Source: an uncultured Clostridia bacterium (GTDB taxonomy: Bacteria; Bacillota; Clostridia; Oscillospirales; CAG-272). From it: a DNA stretch of 64,000 bases. Within the stretch, counting starts at the first letter, position 1; each line of letters begins with the position of its first letter. Positions 1 through 10,285 of the stretch are shown here, one piece after another. Below the pieces are notes generated by a model. The model was given only the letters and a program-made list of their open reading frames with translations, was not told where the DNA came from and ran no database searches. The DNA is taken from assembly GCA_944384585.1 (NCBI GenBank), contig CALWTY010000005.1:414-64413 (forward strand), written 5' to 3'. The translations under genes were made by a program, and so were the position numbers.

Positions 1-8
1 TTCCCTCC

Positions 9-49
9 GAAAACCAAAGCACCGGCGTCTTCTGAAAGACAACCGGTGC
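9..49 (-). terminator. rho-independent terminator after thiC
   Basis: Minus strand reads gcaccgg-N17-ccggtgc followed by tttggtttt, starting 9 nt after the thiC stop. Confidence 0.6.
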
Positions 50-57
50 ATTTTCAT

Positions 58-1362
58 TCAGAGAATATCGATATACTCGCCGCTGAGCGCCTTATTCATA
101 CTCCTGACGGCGCAGAATTTACCGCACATCGAGCAGCTGTCCTCATGCTCGGGGGCGCGGCTGTCGCGGATCGCCTTGGCGGTTTCGGGGTCGATCGAGC
201 ATTCCCACTGCTTCTCCCAATCGAAGGTTCTTCTCGCGTCGGCCATCGCGTCGTCGACATCCCTCGCATGGGGGATTTTCTTTGCGATATCGGCGGCGTG
301 CGCGGCGATGCGGGAGGCGATAATTCCCTGCTTGACATCCTCGACATTCGGAAGCGCCAGATGCTCCGCCGGCGTCACATAGCAGAGGAAGGCAGCGCCG
401 GAGGCGGCGGCGATCGCTCCTCCGATTGCCGAGGTGATATGATCATAGCCCGGCGCGATATCGGTGACGATCGGGCCGAGGACGTAGAAGGGCGCGCCCA
501 TGCAGATTGTCTGCTGGAGCTTCATATTGGCCTCAATCTGATCCATCGGCATATGGCCGGGGCCCTCCACCATCACCTGCACGTCCTTTTCCCATGCGCG
601 CTTGGTCAGCTCCCCGAGGCGGACAAGCTCCTCGATCTGGCAGACATCGCTGCCGTCGGCAAGACAGCCGGGGCGGCAGGCATCCCCGAGCGAAATGGTC
701 ACATCATACTCGCGGCAGATCTCCAGGATCTCGTCAAAATACTCATAGAAGGGATTCTCCTCCCCCGTCATGCACATCCACGCGAAGACCAGCGAGCCGC
801 CGCGGGAGACGATATTCATCTTCCGCTTATGCTTTCTGATCTGATCGATGGTCTTGCGGGTGATGCCGCAGTGCAGCGTCACGAAATCCACCCCGTCCTC
901 GGCATGAAGACGCACCACGTCGATAAAATCCTTCGCGGTCAGGGTCGCAAGATCGCGGCGATAATGGATCACGCTGTCATACACCGGGACGGTGCCGATC
1001 ATGGCGGGGCATTCCGCCGTCAGCTTTCTGCGGAAGGGGCGGGTATCGCCGTGGCTCGACAGATCCATGATCGCCTCCGCGCCCATATTGACCGCCGCCA
1101 TGACCTTCTGCAGCTCGATATCGTAATCCTTGCAGTCGCGGGAAACGCCGAGGTTGACATTGATCTTGGTGCGCAGCATCGAGCCGACCCCGTTGGGATT
1201 GAGGCAGGTGTGGAGACGGTTGGCGCAGATGGCGACCTGTCCCGCCGCGACGAGCGAGCGGATCTCCTCCTCGCTTCTGTATTCCTTAGCGGCAACCGCC
1301 TTCATTTCGGGGGTGATGATCCCCTGTCTTGCGGCGTCCATTTGTGTCGTATAAGTTCTCAT
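58..1362 (-). CDS. thiC: phosphomethylpyrimidine synthase ThiC
   Basis: 434-aa ORF with ThiC-like sequence throughout, including the C-terminal [11 protein letters not shown] motif. SD aaaggaag lies 7 nt upstream. Last gene of the thi operon. Confidence 0.95.
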   Translation of the reverse strand: MRTYTTQMDAARQGIITPEMKAVAAKEYRSEEEIRSLVAAGQVAICANRLHTCLNPNGVGSMLRTKINVNLGVSRDCKDYDIELQKVMAAVNMGAEAIMDLSSHGDTRPFRRKLTAECPAMIGTVPVYDSVIHYRRDLATLTAKDFIDVVRLHAEDGVDFVTLHCGITRKTIDQIRKHKRKMNIVSRGGSLVFAWMCMTGEENPFYEYFDEILEICREYDVTISLGDACRPGCLADGSDVCQIEELVRLGELTKRAWEKDVQVMVEGPGHMPMDQIEANMKLQQTICMGAPFYVLGPIVTDIAPGYDHITSAIGGAIAAASGAAFLCYVTPAEHLALPNVEDVKQGIIASRIAAHAADIAKKIPHARDVDDAMADARRTFDWEKQWECSIDPETAKAIRDSRAPEHEDSCSMCGKFCAVRSMNKALSGEYIDIL

Positions 1363-1383
1363 GATTCAGCTTCCTTTCGGGAT

Positions 1384-2193
1384 TCAAACAGATTTTTCCC
1401 CCGCAAAGGGGGAGCAAAGGTCAAAATTATGCTGCATCGGTCCGGCGCCCCGTCCGAGATCCAGCATTGCGGCAAGCGCCCCCGACACATAGTCCTTGGC
1501 GCGTCCGACCGCTTCCTCCGGGGAAAAGCCCTTGGCAAGATTGGCTGCGATGGCGGAGGAAAGGGTGCATCCGGTTCCGTGGGTATTGGGATTGTCGATC
1601 CGCCTGCCCTTAAACCAGATCGTTCTGCTGTTCTGCCGGAGCAGATCGTTTGCTTCGTTGACGGCGTGCCCTCCTTTGAGCAGCACGGCGCATCCGCAGC
1701 TGCTTTCGATCCGCTTCGCCGCTGTCTCCATCGACGCTTCGTCGGTGATGCGCAGCCCCGAAAGCACCTCAGCCTCCGGGATGTTGGGGGTGACGACGGC
1801 GGCCAGAGGGAAAAGCTCCTCCGCCAGCACCGAGACCGCCTCGGTCTTCATCAGGGACGAGCCGCTGGTCGCCACCATCACGGGATCGACCACCACATTG
1901 CGCGCCCGATAGTACCGAAGCCGCTCCGCGATGACGCGGATCAGCCCGGAGGAGGCCACCATTCCGATCTTGACGGCGTCGGGGAAGATATCCTCAAAGA
2001 CCGCGTCAATCTGCTGTGCAAGAAATTCCGGGGTCGTTTCGGCAACACCCCGCACGCCGGTTGTGTTCTGTGCCGTCAGCGCCGTTACGGCGGTCATGGC
2101 ATAAACACCGTTCATCGTCATCGTTTTGATATCTGCCTGAATCCCGGCGCCTCCGCAGGAATCGCTCCCTGCGATCGATAATGCTGTTTTCAT
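1384..2193 (-). CDS. thiD: hydroxymethylpyrimidine/phosphomethylpyrimidine kinase ThiD
   Basis: N-terminus reads ALSIAGSDSCGGAGIQADIKT, typical of ThiD. Start moved to the internal ATG (MKTALSIAG), which follows SD aaaaggagg. Confidence 0.9.
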   Translation of the reverse strand: MKTALSIAGSDSCGGAGIQADIKTMTMNGVYAMTAVTALTAQNTTGVRGVAETTPEFLAQQIDAVFEDIFPDAVKIGMVASSGLIRVIAERLRYYRARNVVVDPVMVATSGSSLMKTEAVSVLAEELFPLAAVVTPNIPEAEVLSGLRITDEASMETAAKRIESSCGCAVLLKGGHAVNEANDLLRQNSRTIWFKGRRIDNPNTHGTGCTLSSAIAANLAKGFSPEEAVGRAKDYVSGALAAMLDLGRGAGPMQHNFDLCSPFAGEKSV

Positions 2194-2356
2194 CGTTTCC
2201 TCCTTTTCGGTCGATTCGTCCGGCATTATTTTTATTCCGCGGCGGAGAGTGGTGCCCCCGGTCCGCCGCTGCCCGCCGCACGGCGGGCTCTTCGGGAGGC
2301 AAGCGCCCCTCGAAGGATGGGTTTTCTCCTTGCCCGGCGGGGTCGCCGGGCTTCCT

Positions 2357-2995
2357 TTATCGGATCAGTCCCAGCTCCGCCGCACGGCGCTTCAGCTCTC
2401 GTGCTGCCTGCGCCGGGTCCTCCGCCTTCATGATGGCGGAGACCACGCAGATTCCCGCGACGGGAATGCCCTTCAGGATATCGAGGTTGCCGCTGTTCAG
2501 CCCGCCGATGGCATTGACGGGGATCGGAACGGCCCGGCAGATCGCGTCAAGGGTCTGCGGGGAGGTGAGAACCGTTTTCACCTTGGTCGTGGTCGGATAT
2601 ATGGCCCCGACGCCGAGGTAATCCGCCCCCTGCTCGAAGGCCTCCCTCGCCCGCCCGACGGTCTTGGCCGTCGCACCGACAATGCGGTCCTCTCCCATCA
2701 GCCGTCTGGCGTCGGCAACCGACAGATCCTCAAGCCCGACATGCACGCCCTCCGCCCCGACAGCCAGCGCCACGTCGACGCGGTCATCGATAATCAGCGG
2801 GACGCCGTAGCGGCGGGCGATCCCGTGAACCTTTCCGGCAAGCGCGACATAGTCCCTTGTGGATTTATTCTTTTCGCGGAGCTGCAGCAGCGTCGCTCCC
2901 CCCCGAAGCCCCGCCTCCACCCGAAGAAGGAATTCCTCCTCGCCGAAGAAGGTGCTGTCGGTGATAAAGTACAAGCCCGGATCAAAGCTCCTCAT
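2357..2995 (-). CDS. thiE: thiamine-phosphate synthase ThiE
   Basis: ThiE-like sequence (LYFITD, LLQLREK, GADYLGVG). Start chosen at ATG 2995, 6 nt after SD aaggag, which overlaps the thiH stop. The longer start at 3013 is possible. Confidence 0.87.
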   Translation of the reverse strand: MRSFDPGLYFITDSTFFGEEEFLLRVEAGLRGGATLLQLREKNKSTRDYVALAGKVHGIARRYGVPLIIDDRVDVALAVGAEGVHVGLEDLSVADARRLMGEDRIVGATAKTVGRAREAFEQGADYLGVGAIYPTTTKVKTVLTSPQTLDAICRAVPIPVNAIGGLNSGNLDILKGIPVAGICVVSAIMKAEDPAQAARELKRRAAELGLIR

Positions 2996-3005
2996 ACATC
3001 GCTCC

Positions 3006-4259
3006 TTACACATACAGATAATCGTTCAGCACCGGCTGCAGCCCCTCCTGCGCGATATCGCGGTACATTCTGTCAAGGCTTCTGCCGTCGTTGATCTCAA
3101 ACTGCTCGTCTCCCGTCTGTCCCTGCTGCTCTCTGCCGGAATACTTGCTTTCATGATCTCCGATGCCGGTCGAGACCCCCGCCGAAACCTTGGTGGCGGC
3201 GATCTTCACGATCCCGTTCCGGAAGGACGCGCTCTCGCGGGAGGACACCGTGATCCCCACGAAGGGGAGGAAGATCCGATAAGCGCACAGCACCTGACAG
3301 AGCTGCTTCTCGCGGACGTCGAGGGGATTGATCTTCTCGTTGTTGATGATGGGGCGCAGGCGCGGGCAGGAGAGGGACATTTCGGCATGCGGATATTTTC
3401 TCTGCAGATAATAAACGTGCAGCGCGCTTGCCAGCGCGTCCTTTCTGAAATCCGAAAGTCCCAGCAGCGCCGAGAAGGCGACCCCCCGCATCCCGCCGCG
3501 GAGCGCCCGCTCCTGCGCGTCGAACCGATAGGGCCAGACCCGCTTATGTCCCAGCAGGTGGAGCTGCTCGTAGCGGTCGGCGTCGTAGGTCTCCTGGAAG
3601 ACCGTCACATAGTCCGCTCCGCACTCGTGCAGATAGCGGTATTCGTCGGTATTGACGGGATAGATCTCAAGCCCGACCATCCGGAAATATTTCCTTGCCA
3701 TCCGGCAAGCCTCTCCGATATAGCTCACGTCGCTCATGCTGCGGCTTTCGCCGGTGAGAAGCAGGATCTCCTCCATTCCGCTGTCTGCGATGATCTTCAT
3801 CTCCCGCTCGATCTGCTCGGGGGTCAGCTTCATGCGGCTGATGCGGTTATAGCAGTTGAAGCCGCAGTAGACGCAGTAATTCTCGCAGTAATTGGCGATA
3901 TAGAGCGGGGTGAAGAGGTAGACGGTATTTCCGAAATGACGGCTTGTCTCCCGCCTTGCGCGCTGCGCCATCTCCTCAAGAAAAGGCTCGGCCGCCGGCG
4001 AAAGCAGCGCCTTGAAATCTTCGATCGTACAGGTCTCCCGCGCCAGCGCCGCCCTCACGTCGTCGGCGGTGTATCCGGCATAATCGTAGGAATTCATCTG
4101 CTTCATCACGTCGGCGCAGACCTGCGATTCGATCCGCTCCATCCCGGGCAGATATTCCATGTGACTCTTCCGGGAGGAGGGATCGGTCTCAAGGCGGTGC
4201 TTTTTGGCAAGCGCCTCCTCCGAGAGCCCCTCGGAATCGACAAAAAACTGATTTTCCAC
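3006..4259 (-). CDS. thiH: 2-iminoacetate synthase ThiH (radical SAM)
   Basis: CENYCVYCGF radical-SAM cysteine motif. Sits between thiG and thiE. GTG start after SD ggagg. Confidence 0.88.
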   Translation of the reverse strand: MENQFFVDSEGLSEEALAKKHRLETDPSSRKSHMEYLPGMERIESQVCADVMKQMNSYDYAGYTADDVRAALARETCTIEDFKALLSPAAEPFLEEMAQRARRETSRHFGNTVYLFTPLYIANYCENYCVYCGFNCYNRISRMKLTPEQIEREMKIIADSGMEEILLLTGESRSMSDVSYIGEACRMARKYFRMVGLEIYPVNTDEYRYLHECGADYVTVFQETYDADRYEQLHLLGHKRVWPYRFDAQERALRGGMRGVAFSALLGLSDFRKDALASALHVYYLQRKYPHAEMSLSCPRLRPIINNEKINPLDVREKQLCQVLCAYRIFLPFVGITVSSRESASFRNGIVKIAATKVSAGVSTGIGDHESKYSGREQQGQTGDEQFEINDGRSLDRMYRDIAQEGLQPVLNDYLYV

Positions 4260-4271
4260 AGGCTCCCCTCC

Positions 4272-5042
4272 TCAGTCGCGCAGGAAGTCGGTCAGCGGAT
4301 CGGAGGCGGAGGCGCCGCGGGTGAGAACCCGGCCCAAGCCCGCAAGATAGGCGTTTCTCCCCGCCGCAATCGCGTCGCGGAAGGCCGCCGCCATCCGCGG
4401 CAGATCGCCCGCCGTCGCCAGCGCGGTATTCGCCATGACGGCGGCAGCCCCCATCTCCATCACCTCACAGGCCTGGGAGGGTCTGCCGATCCCCGCATCG
4501 ACAATGACCGGCAGATCGATCTCCTCGATCAGAATCCGGATGAATTCCTTCGTCTGCAGTCCCTTGTTCGAGCCGATGGGAGCGGCCAGGGGCATCACGC
4601 TCGCCGCGCCCGCGTTGACCAGATCCCGCGCCGTGTTGAGGTCGGGATACATATAGGGCATTACGATAAAGCCCTCCTTCGCCAGCAGCTCGGTCGCCCG
4701 CACCGTCTCCTGATTGTCGGGAAGGAGGTATTTGGCGTCCCGCATGATCTCGATCTTGACCATATCGCCGCAGCCCAGCTCCCGCGCCAGACGTGCGATA
4801 CGGACCGCCTCCTCAGCGTTTCTCGCCCCGCTGGTATTGGGCAGGAGGGTCACTCCCTCCGGGATGTAGTCGAGGATGCTCTCCTGCTCCTTGGTATTGG
4901 CCCGGCGCACCGCCAGGGTAATGATCTGCGCCCCCGCATCCCGGACCGCCGCCTCAATGAGCCGCATCGAATATTTGCCTGAGCCGAGAATGAAGCGGGA
5001 GTCGAACGACCGCCCGCCGATGATCAGCTTGTCTTCCTTCAT
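4272..5042 (-). CDS. thiG: thiazole synthase ThiG
   Basis: 256-aa ThiG-like sequence ([25 protein letters not shown]). ATGA overlap with thiF. Confidence 0.93.
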   Translation of the reverse strand: MKEDKLIIGGRSFDSRFILGSGKYSMRLIEAAVRDAGAQIITLAVRRANTKEQESILDYIPEGVTLLPNTSGARNAEEAVRIARLARELGCGDMVKIEIMRDAKYLLPDNQETVRATELLAKEGFIVMPYMYPDLNTARDLVNAGAASVMPLAAPIGSNKGLQTKEFIRILIEEIDLPVIVDAGIGRPSQACEVMEMGAAAVMANTALATAGDLPRMAAAFRDAIAAGRNAYLAGLGRVLTRGASASDPLTDFLRD

Positions 5043-5695
5043 GTTTCTTCCTTCTTTCCTTCTGTTTCAAAGCGCCGCGTCAGAATTCTCAGCACGGCAT
5101 GAGCCTGATGGGCGGCGCAGACCGCCACACGGGAGGCGACCAGACTTCCTTCCTCCGCAACGTCGCTTTCTCCGTCTCCGCAGAGCCAGAACCGATCCGA
5201 GAGGCGGCGCGTATGGATGGCGTCGGCCTCTCCCATCCCCGCCATGCCGGAGGAGGCGACCAGGTACACGTCGGGAAGCTCCACCAGCACCCGTTCTGCC
5301 AGCATCGCCTTGGCATTGGGGTTGTCCAACGCCTCGCAGACGATCTGCGACTCCCGCAGGAGCGTCAGGACGTTGCTCGGAGTGATTCTGACGGTGCGGG
5401 GGATCAGCTCGGTATAGGGCGCGATCTCGCGGATATTTTCGCAGAGCGCCTCGGTTTTGAAACGTCCGCACTGGGAGGCCTTGTACTGCTGGCGGTGCAG
5501 ATTGGTCAGCTCCACCCGATCGAAATCGATCAGCAACAGCCGACCGACGCCTGCTCTGGCCAGCAGCACGGCGATCATCGAGCCCAGTCCGCCGAGTCCG
5601 CAGATCGCAACGGTCGCCTCGGCAAAGCGTGCCGTATCCTCCCGCCCCTGTCTCATCTCCAGCGCCTCTTTCCATTCACGATAACTCGGAATCAT
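5039..5695 (-). CDS. thiF: ThiF-type sulfur-carrier adenylyltransferase
   Basis: ICGLGGLGS nucleotide-binding loop of the E1-like family. ATG 5695 lies 7 nt after SD gggagg inside the thiS 3' end. Confidence 0.85.
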   Translation of the reverse strand: MIPSYREWKEALEMRQGREDTARFAEATVAICGLGGLGSMIAVLLARAGVGRLLLIDFDRVELTNLHRQQYKASQCGRFKTEALCENIREIAPYTELIPRTVRITPSNVLTLLRESQIVCEALDNPNAKAMLAERVLVELPDVYLVASSGMAGMGEADAIHTRRLSDRFWLCGDGESDVAEEGSLVASRVAVCAAHQAHAVLRILTRRFETEGKKEET

Positions 5696-5696
5696 A

Positions 5697-5891
5697 TCAG
5701 CCGCCTCCCACAAAGCGCACGATTTCGATGCTGTCCCCGTCGGTCAGCACCGTCTGCGCGTAGGCCTCCTTCTGGACGATCTCTCCGTTCCGCTCCACCG
5801 CCAGCCGCTGTGTGTCATAGCCGGCGCCGGCCAGATAATCCGCCAGTGTGCTGCCGTCGACCGGCAGCTCCTTTCCGTTGATCCTTACCAT
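5697..5891 (-). CDS. thiS: sulfur carrier protein ThiS
   Basis: 64-aa protein MVRINGKE...IVRFVGGG with the C-terminal GG. The tracked ORF (to 6011) runs into the riboswitch, so the internal ATG after SD gaggag is used. Confidence 0.85.
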   Translation of the reverse strand: MVRINGKELPVDGSTLADYLAGAGYDTQRLAVERNGEIVQKEAYAQTVLTDGDSIEIVRFVGGG

Positions 5892-5909
5892 TCTTCCGCT
5901 CCTCTCCCG

Positions 5910-6044
5910 AAAAAAACGGGAACTCCCTGTTGGGCAGCTCCCGCGATCCGTCATGTTTTCAGGCATCCCTACGTTGGCATTATCCAAATCAGGTAACCGG
6001 TCGAAGGTCACACCTTCCTCTCAGCCTGTCTACAAGCTCCCGTC
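5910..6044 (-). promoter_or_regulatory. TPP (THI-box) riboswitch with intrinsic terminator
   Basis: Minus strand reads gggagc..ggctgagag..acctgatttggataatgccaacgtaggga, the THI-box core. It is followed by hairpin cgggagc-N12-gttcccg plus ttttttt (5910-5943), just before the thiS SD. Confidence 0.9.
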
Positions 6045-6062
6045 TGTTCGATTTTCCACTCT

Positions 6063-6091
6063 ATTATACACCTCCTTGCGGGAAATTGCAA
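6063..6091 (-). promoter_or_regulatory. sigma-A type promoter of the thi operon
   Basis: TTGCAA, 17-nt spacer, TATAAT on the minus strand, about 20 nt upstream of the riboswitch. Confidence 0.7.
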
Positions 6092-6129
6092 GGGGGTATC
6101 CGGAAAATTTTCATCCGGAAAAGGCGGGA

Positions 6130-6549
6130 TCAGTCCTCATAGATCGTCTTGAAGGACTTGCCCCACTTCTCCAGGCGAAGATTATAGACCTCGTTGTCCT
6201 CTGCCTTTTCCCAGAGGGTCAGGATCACAAACTCCTCAGTCTTGCTCTTGTTTTCCAGCCAATGGAAGACCCCGCCGGGGATATAGGCCAGGGAGCCCGG
6301 CGCGACGTCATAGACATCGTCGTCAAGATGCAGAACCGCCTCCCCCTTGACAATATAGTAGATCTCCGGCTTTTCATGCACCCCTCCGCCGGTACTGCAG
6401 CCCGGAGCAAGCGTGCCCTCGTTCATCTGAATGGCGGGCCCTCCCGCGACGACGCTGTCCAGGATCATTTTGGAGGAATACGTTTCATCAAGCACCAGCG
6501 GCTTGACCTCTTTTGAATGGATGACGACACCCTTCGGTTTCTCGGCCAT
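6130..6549 (-). CDS. cupin domain protein
   Basis: 139-aa ORF with the cupin two-motif pattern (GGGVHEKPEIYYIVKG ... GGVFHWLEN). Last gene of the sugar cluster. Confidence 0.7.
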   Translation of the reverse strand: MAEKPKGVVIHSKEVKPLVLDETYSSKMILDSVVAGGPAIQMNEGTLAPGCSTGGGVHEKPEIYYIVKGEAVLHLDDDVYDVAPGSLAYIPGGVFHWLENKSKTEEFVILTLWEKAEDNEVYNLRLEKWGKSFKTIYED

Positions 6550-6608
6550 GACCGTACCCTGCCCCCGCCCTGCGGGGGCATCCTTTCTTCGTTTATTGTC
6601 GGTATGCG

Positions 6609-7652
6609 TCAGCTGATCTTCACCAGAACCTTGATGTCCTGCTTATGCATCTCCTTGTGACGCAGAAAATAGTCGGGCGCTTCGGCAAAGGGGATCTCCC
6701 TTGTGATCATGCTCTCCAGCGTCAGCCCCGTCGATTCCATATAATCGATGATTTTGGGAACAAGACCGAATTCTCCCATCACCCCGACGATATTCAGCCG
6801 CTTGGTGACCATGCGGTTGAAGATCAGATGATCGATCTCGGTCTCATAGAAGCCCACCATTGCCAGCGTCCCGTATTCCGCCGCCATATCGATGGCCTGC
6901 TGAACCGTCGGGGCGGCGCCGGAGGTTTCAAGAACAAAATCCGCGCCGTGTCCGCCCGTGATCCGATAGACCTCCTCGCCGGCGTCGACCTGTGTATTGT
7001 TGACAATATCGGTCGCCCCCGCCTCAAGGCAGCGCCGCAGCTTGGATTCGGTGCGTCCCACCGCAATGATGCGCCCCGCGCCCATTGTTCTGGCGAGTGC
7101 GACGATGCCGAGGGCAATCGGCCCTGTTCCGATGACCGCCACGACGGTATCGGGGGTGATCTCCCGCTTGGTAATCCCGGCGTAGGAGACGGTCAGCGGC
7201 TCGATGGTCGCGGCGTTGCGGTCATCGATGCTGTCGGGAAGGTGATAGAGATGAACCTCCGGGATGATGATATACTCCGCAAAGCCGCCGTCCCAGCAGT
7301 TGATCGTGCCGACGCTTCTGATATCCTCGCAGTGCGCCATGTCGCCCTCCCGGCAGGCCCTGCACTTCCGGCAGGTGATGCCGTTATCCGAGACGACGCG
7401 GTCGCCGGGGCGGAACTTCGTCACATCGCGGCCCGTCGCGGCGACGACTCCCGACCATTCGTGACCGATGCGGACGGGGTAGCGGATCAGCCCGTCGCGG
7501 ACGAAATTCGTCTCGCCGGTATAGATGGCAAGATCGGTGCCGCAGATGCCGCAGTAGACAACGCGGCAAAGCACCTCGTCCGGCTCAAGTGTGCGGACGG
7601 GAACCTCCCGCAGAGCAATCCTGTTCTGCTCTTCGACAATCAAAGCTTTCAT
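6609..7652 (-). CDS. zinc-dependent alcohol/polyol dehydrogenase (MDR family)
   Basis: CGICGTD and GHEWSGVV zinc motifs plus a GTGPIALG Rossmann loop. Start at MKALIVEE after SD aaagaggg. Confidence 0.85.
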   Translation of the reverse strand: MKALIVEEQNRIALREVPVRTLEPDEVLCRVVYCGICGTDLAIYTGETNFVRDGLIRYPVRIGHEWSGVVAATGRDVTKFRPGDRVVSDNGITCRKCRACREGDMAHCEDIRSVGTINCWDGGFAEYIIIPEVHLYHLPDSIDDRNAATIEPLTVSYAGITKREITPDTVVAVIGTGPIALGIVALARTMGAGRIIAVGRTESKLRRCLEAGATDIVNNTQVDAGEEVYRITGGHGADFVLETSGAAPTVQQAIDMAAEYGTLAMVGFYETEIDHLIFNRMVTKRLNIVGVMGEFGLVPKIIDYMESTGLTLESMITREIPFAEAPDYFLRHKEMHKQDIKVLVKIS

Positions 7653-7678
7653 AGCAAACCCTCTTTCTTTCGGAATCA

Positions 7679-8620
7679 TCAGTGATCGCCGTAAAAACGC
7701 CGATAGAGCGCATCGCTCTCCTCCCGCGTCGGCATGGCGGGGGAGGTCCCGCGCCTTGTTACCGAGATGGAGGCAACACAGTTGGCAAATTTGAGGGCGC
7801 TTATGATATCCCGTCCCTCCGACACCGCGACAGTGAAGCCGCCGTTGAAGGCGTCTCCCGCGCCCGTCGTATCGACCGGCTTGAGATCGGTGGTGGGAAC
7901 CAGCGCCTTCTCCTTTCCGTCGGTCCAGAAGACGCCCTTCTTGCCGAGGGTGATGACGACATTCTTCACGCCGAGCTTCAGCAGCTTCTTTGCCGCCTCC
8001 TCCGCGCTTTCGGGGGAGGTGACCTTCACGCCGCTGAAAAACTCCGCCTCGGTCTCGTTGGGAGTAAAGTAATCCACCCCCTCGAAGAATCCCTCCGGCA
8101 CCTCCTGCATCGGCGCGGGATTGAGAACGAAGGGCTTACGGTACTTCGCGGCCAGCTCCTTCAGCGCCGCCGTGCTTTCCAGACTCGCCTCAAGCTGTGT
8201 CAGAACCGCATCTGCGGAGGCGACCTCCTCCTCGGCGGCATAGACCTCCTCGGCGGTGATGAGATCGTTCGCGCCCTTGATGACGATGATCCGATTCTCG
8301 CCCGTCGTCTCGTTGACCTCGATGAAGGCGGCACCGGTATCGGCGCGGTCGGTGGTCATGACGTATTTGTCTGTCATCCCCTCGTTCCGATAATGCTGAT
8401 GCGCGATCCCGCTGAGCATATCGGTTCCGACCTTGGTAACCATCACGACCTCTCCGCCGGAGCGGGAGGCGGCGGTCGCCTGATTCGAGCCTTTTCCGCC
8501 CGGGCCGAATTTGAGAGAAGAACCGAGAACCGTCTCGCCGTCGACAGGAAAACGGGGTGCAAAGCCGGTGATATCGGAAATAAAGCTCCCGACCACCACG
8601 ATCTTACAGGTTTTTGACAT
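7679..8620 (-). CDS. ribokinase-family sugar kinase (ribokinase/deoxyribokinase-like)
   Basis: GPGGKGSNQA and DTTGAGDAFNGGF motifs of the PfkB/ribokinase family. Confidence 0.85.
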   Translation of the reverse strand: MSKTCKIVVVGSFISDITGFAPRFPVDGETVLGSSLKFGPGGKGSNQATAASRSGGEVVMVTKVGTDMLSGIAHQHYRNEGMTDKYVMTTDRADTGAAFIEVNETTGENRIIVIKGANDLITAEEVYAAEEEVASADAVLTQLEASLESTAALKELAAKYRKPFVLNPAPMQEVPEGFFEGVDYFTPNETEAEFFSGVKVTSPESAEEAAKKLLKLGVKNVVITLGKKGVFWTDGKEKALVPTTDLKPVDTTGAGDAFNGGFTVAVSEGRDIISALKFANCVASISVTRRGTSPAMPTREESDALYRRFYGDH

Positions 8621-8668
8621 AACGCAGCATCCTTTCTTGATCTCAGTTTGGTATCATGTGTTCCGTAT

Positions 8669-9577
8669 TCAGGGAAGCGTCCTGCCGGGGACGGAGGAGA
8701 AGGACAGCCGGAAGAGCAGGCTCTTCCCGCCGGGCAGGTCGACGGGATATCCCCTTGCCTCCGCCTTTCCGGGGGAATCGAAGGGGGCGGTACACATCTC
8801 GACCGCCGCGCTGTACATCCCCTTGAAGGTGCCGTTGTTCATCCAGAGCCCCACATAGGGAAGCCGGTCGGCATCGTAGCGGATCAGCAGATCCGGTCCG
8901 TTTCCCCGCCGGGAATACCGCAGCCGCCCCTCGCGGGCAGGCTCGGTAAAATAGAACTTATAGGCGGAGCCCTCGGAGGAGAAGGGCTGAGAAACGGCAA
9001 GGCTGCGGGAAAAGCACAGCCGCTGCCCCGCGCGGAGCGGTCCGTTGTCGCAGAAGCAGATCTCAATCGGCGCGCCCTCCTCGTAGGGGACGGTCACCTC
9101 CCCGCCCTCGCAGCCCGCCAGCATGATATGTCCCGCCCAGAGGCAGGGCAGGGGCGCTTCCGACAGATTGGTGATCCGATAATCGACGACCAGCGCGCCC
9201 TCCGCGTCGGCAAAGAACCGCTTTTCATATTCGAAGGGGAGCAGCGAGGAACGGCAGAAGAGCCTCGCCTCGGTATCGGAGACGCTGTATTCGTGCCGCA
9301 CGCGGCAGACCTCGCCGTGATCGGGATAGCCGCCCGGCTGCGGGTCGATAGTCGGAAACATATCGTCAAAGGCGCTGCACTCCCCCTCGACATAGGAGGA
9401 GGTCAGCCCGATCGTGCGGTAGCTCGCCCCCGCTGCCTGCGCCAGAAGCTGACATCCCGTGGCCTTGTCGGTCAGAGAGGCCAGCTTCCCTCCCTGATCC
9501 GGCAGCACCGAGGCGATCAGCCGCCCGGTATCGATTGTCAGGCAGAAAAGATCCTTGTATCGGCCTGCTGCGATCAC
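8669..9577 (-). CDS. galactose-mutarotase-fold (aldose 1-epimerase-like) protein
   Basis: 302-aa ORF with an ATGA overlap to deoC. Weak by-eye resemblance to the aldose-epimerase superfamily (YPDHGE region). The function call is tentative. Confidence 0.5.
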   Translation of the reverse strand: MIAAGRYKDLFCLTIDTGRLIASVLPDQGGKLASLTDKATGCQLLAQAAGASYRTIGLTSSYVEGECSAFDDMFPTIDPQPGGYPDHGEVCRVRHEYSVSDTEARLFCRSSLLPFEYEKRFFADAEGALVVDYRITNLSEAPLPCLWAGHIMLAGCEGGEVTVPYEEGAPIEICFCDNGPLRAGQRLCFSRSLAVSQPFSSEGSAYKFYFTEPAREGRLRYSRRGNGPDLLIRYDADRLPYVGLWMNNGTFKGMYSAAVEMCTAPFDSPGKAEARGYPVDLPGGKSLLFRLSFSSVPGRTLP

Positions 9578-10230
9578 TTCATCGCTTCCTCCAGGATTTT
9601 CGCGCCGGAGGAGGTGCCCAGCCGCTCCGCGCCCGCCTCAATCAGCGCCTTCGCCTGCTCGTAGGTGCGGATGCCGGAGGAGGCCTTGACCTTGACGCCC
9701 GCGGCAATGTTATCCTTCATGATGCGGACATTCTCCACGGTGGCGACGCCTTCGTTGAAGCCGGTGCAGGTCTTGACGAAATCGGCGCCGGCCTGCGAGG
9801 CGACGCGGGAAGCGATCGCCACCTCTTCGGGCGTGAGATAGAAGGTCTCGATAATGACCTTGACGACCTTGCCGCGGGCAGCCGCCACCACCGCCTCGAT
9901 GTCGCGCTTGACATAGGCGAGATTGCCGCTCTTGAGCTGTCCGACGTTGATGACCATATCGAACTCGTCGCAGCCGTCATAATAGGCGCGCTCGGTTTCG
10001 GCGGCCTTGATCTCGGTGGTATTGGCGCCGAGCGGGAAGCCGATGACGGTGCAGATATTCACGTTCGTCCCCTCCAGCTCCTTGCGGGCGAGCGCCACAT
10101 AGCAGGGATTGATGCAGACGCTGGCGAAATCGTACTTTGCGGCATCGGCACAGAGCTTTTTGACGTCCTCCGCCGTCGCAAAGGGCTTGAGAATAGTGTG
10201 GTCGATGTACTTGTTCAGATTGGCAATCAT
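9574..10230 (-). CDS. deoC: deoxyribose-phosphate aldolase
   Basis: IDHTILKP, ASVCINPCYV and DFVKTCTGF (Schiff-base Lys region), typical of DeoC. Confidence 0.92.
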   Translation of the reverse strand: MIANLNKYIDHTILKPFATAEDVKKLCADAAKYDFASVCINPCYVALARKELEGTNVNICTVIGFPLGANTTEIKAAETERAYYDGCDEFDMVINVGQLKSGNLAYVKRDIEAVVAAARGKVVKVIIETFYLTPEEVAIASRVASQAGADFVKTCTGFNEGVATVENVRIMKDNIAAGVKVKASSGIRTYEQAKALIEAGAERLGTSSGAKILEEAMK

Positions 10231-10285
10231 GGTATATACCTCTTTTCGTTTGTTTTTTCTGTTGTGTAAACGGGATCGGGGTCCT

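Noticed and set aside
46-2181. 711-aa plus-strand ORF
   Set aside because: It is antisense to thiC and thiD. It has an Arg/Gly/Ala/His-rich composition typical of shadow frames in GC-rich DNA, no SD and no recognisable family.
2194-2356. Possible second TPP riboswitch in the 163-nt thiE-thiD gap
   Set aside because: The minus strand lacks the CTGAGA and ACCTGA..GGATAATGCC..GTAGGGA cores. Only GC hairpins (cccggcg/cgccggg and gcccgccg/cggcgggc) are present.
2859-4982. 707-aa plus-strand ORF
   Set aside because: Shadow ORF opposite thiE, thiH and thiG. The minus-strand genes have clear family signatures.
5892-6011. N-terminal extension of the thiS ORF (104-aa version)
   Set aside because: The extension is the translated riboswitch and terminator. 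ThiS proteins are about 65 aa, and an SD precedes the internal ATG.
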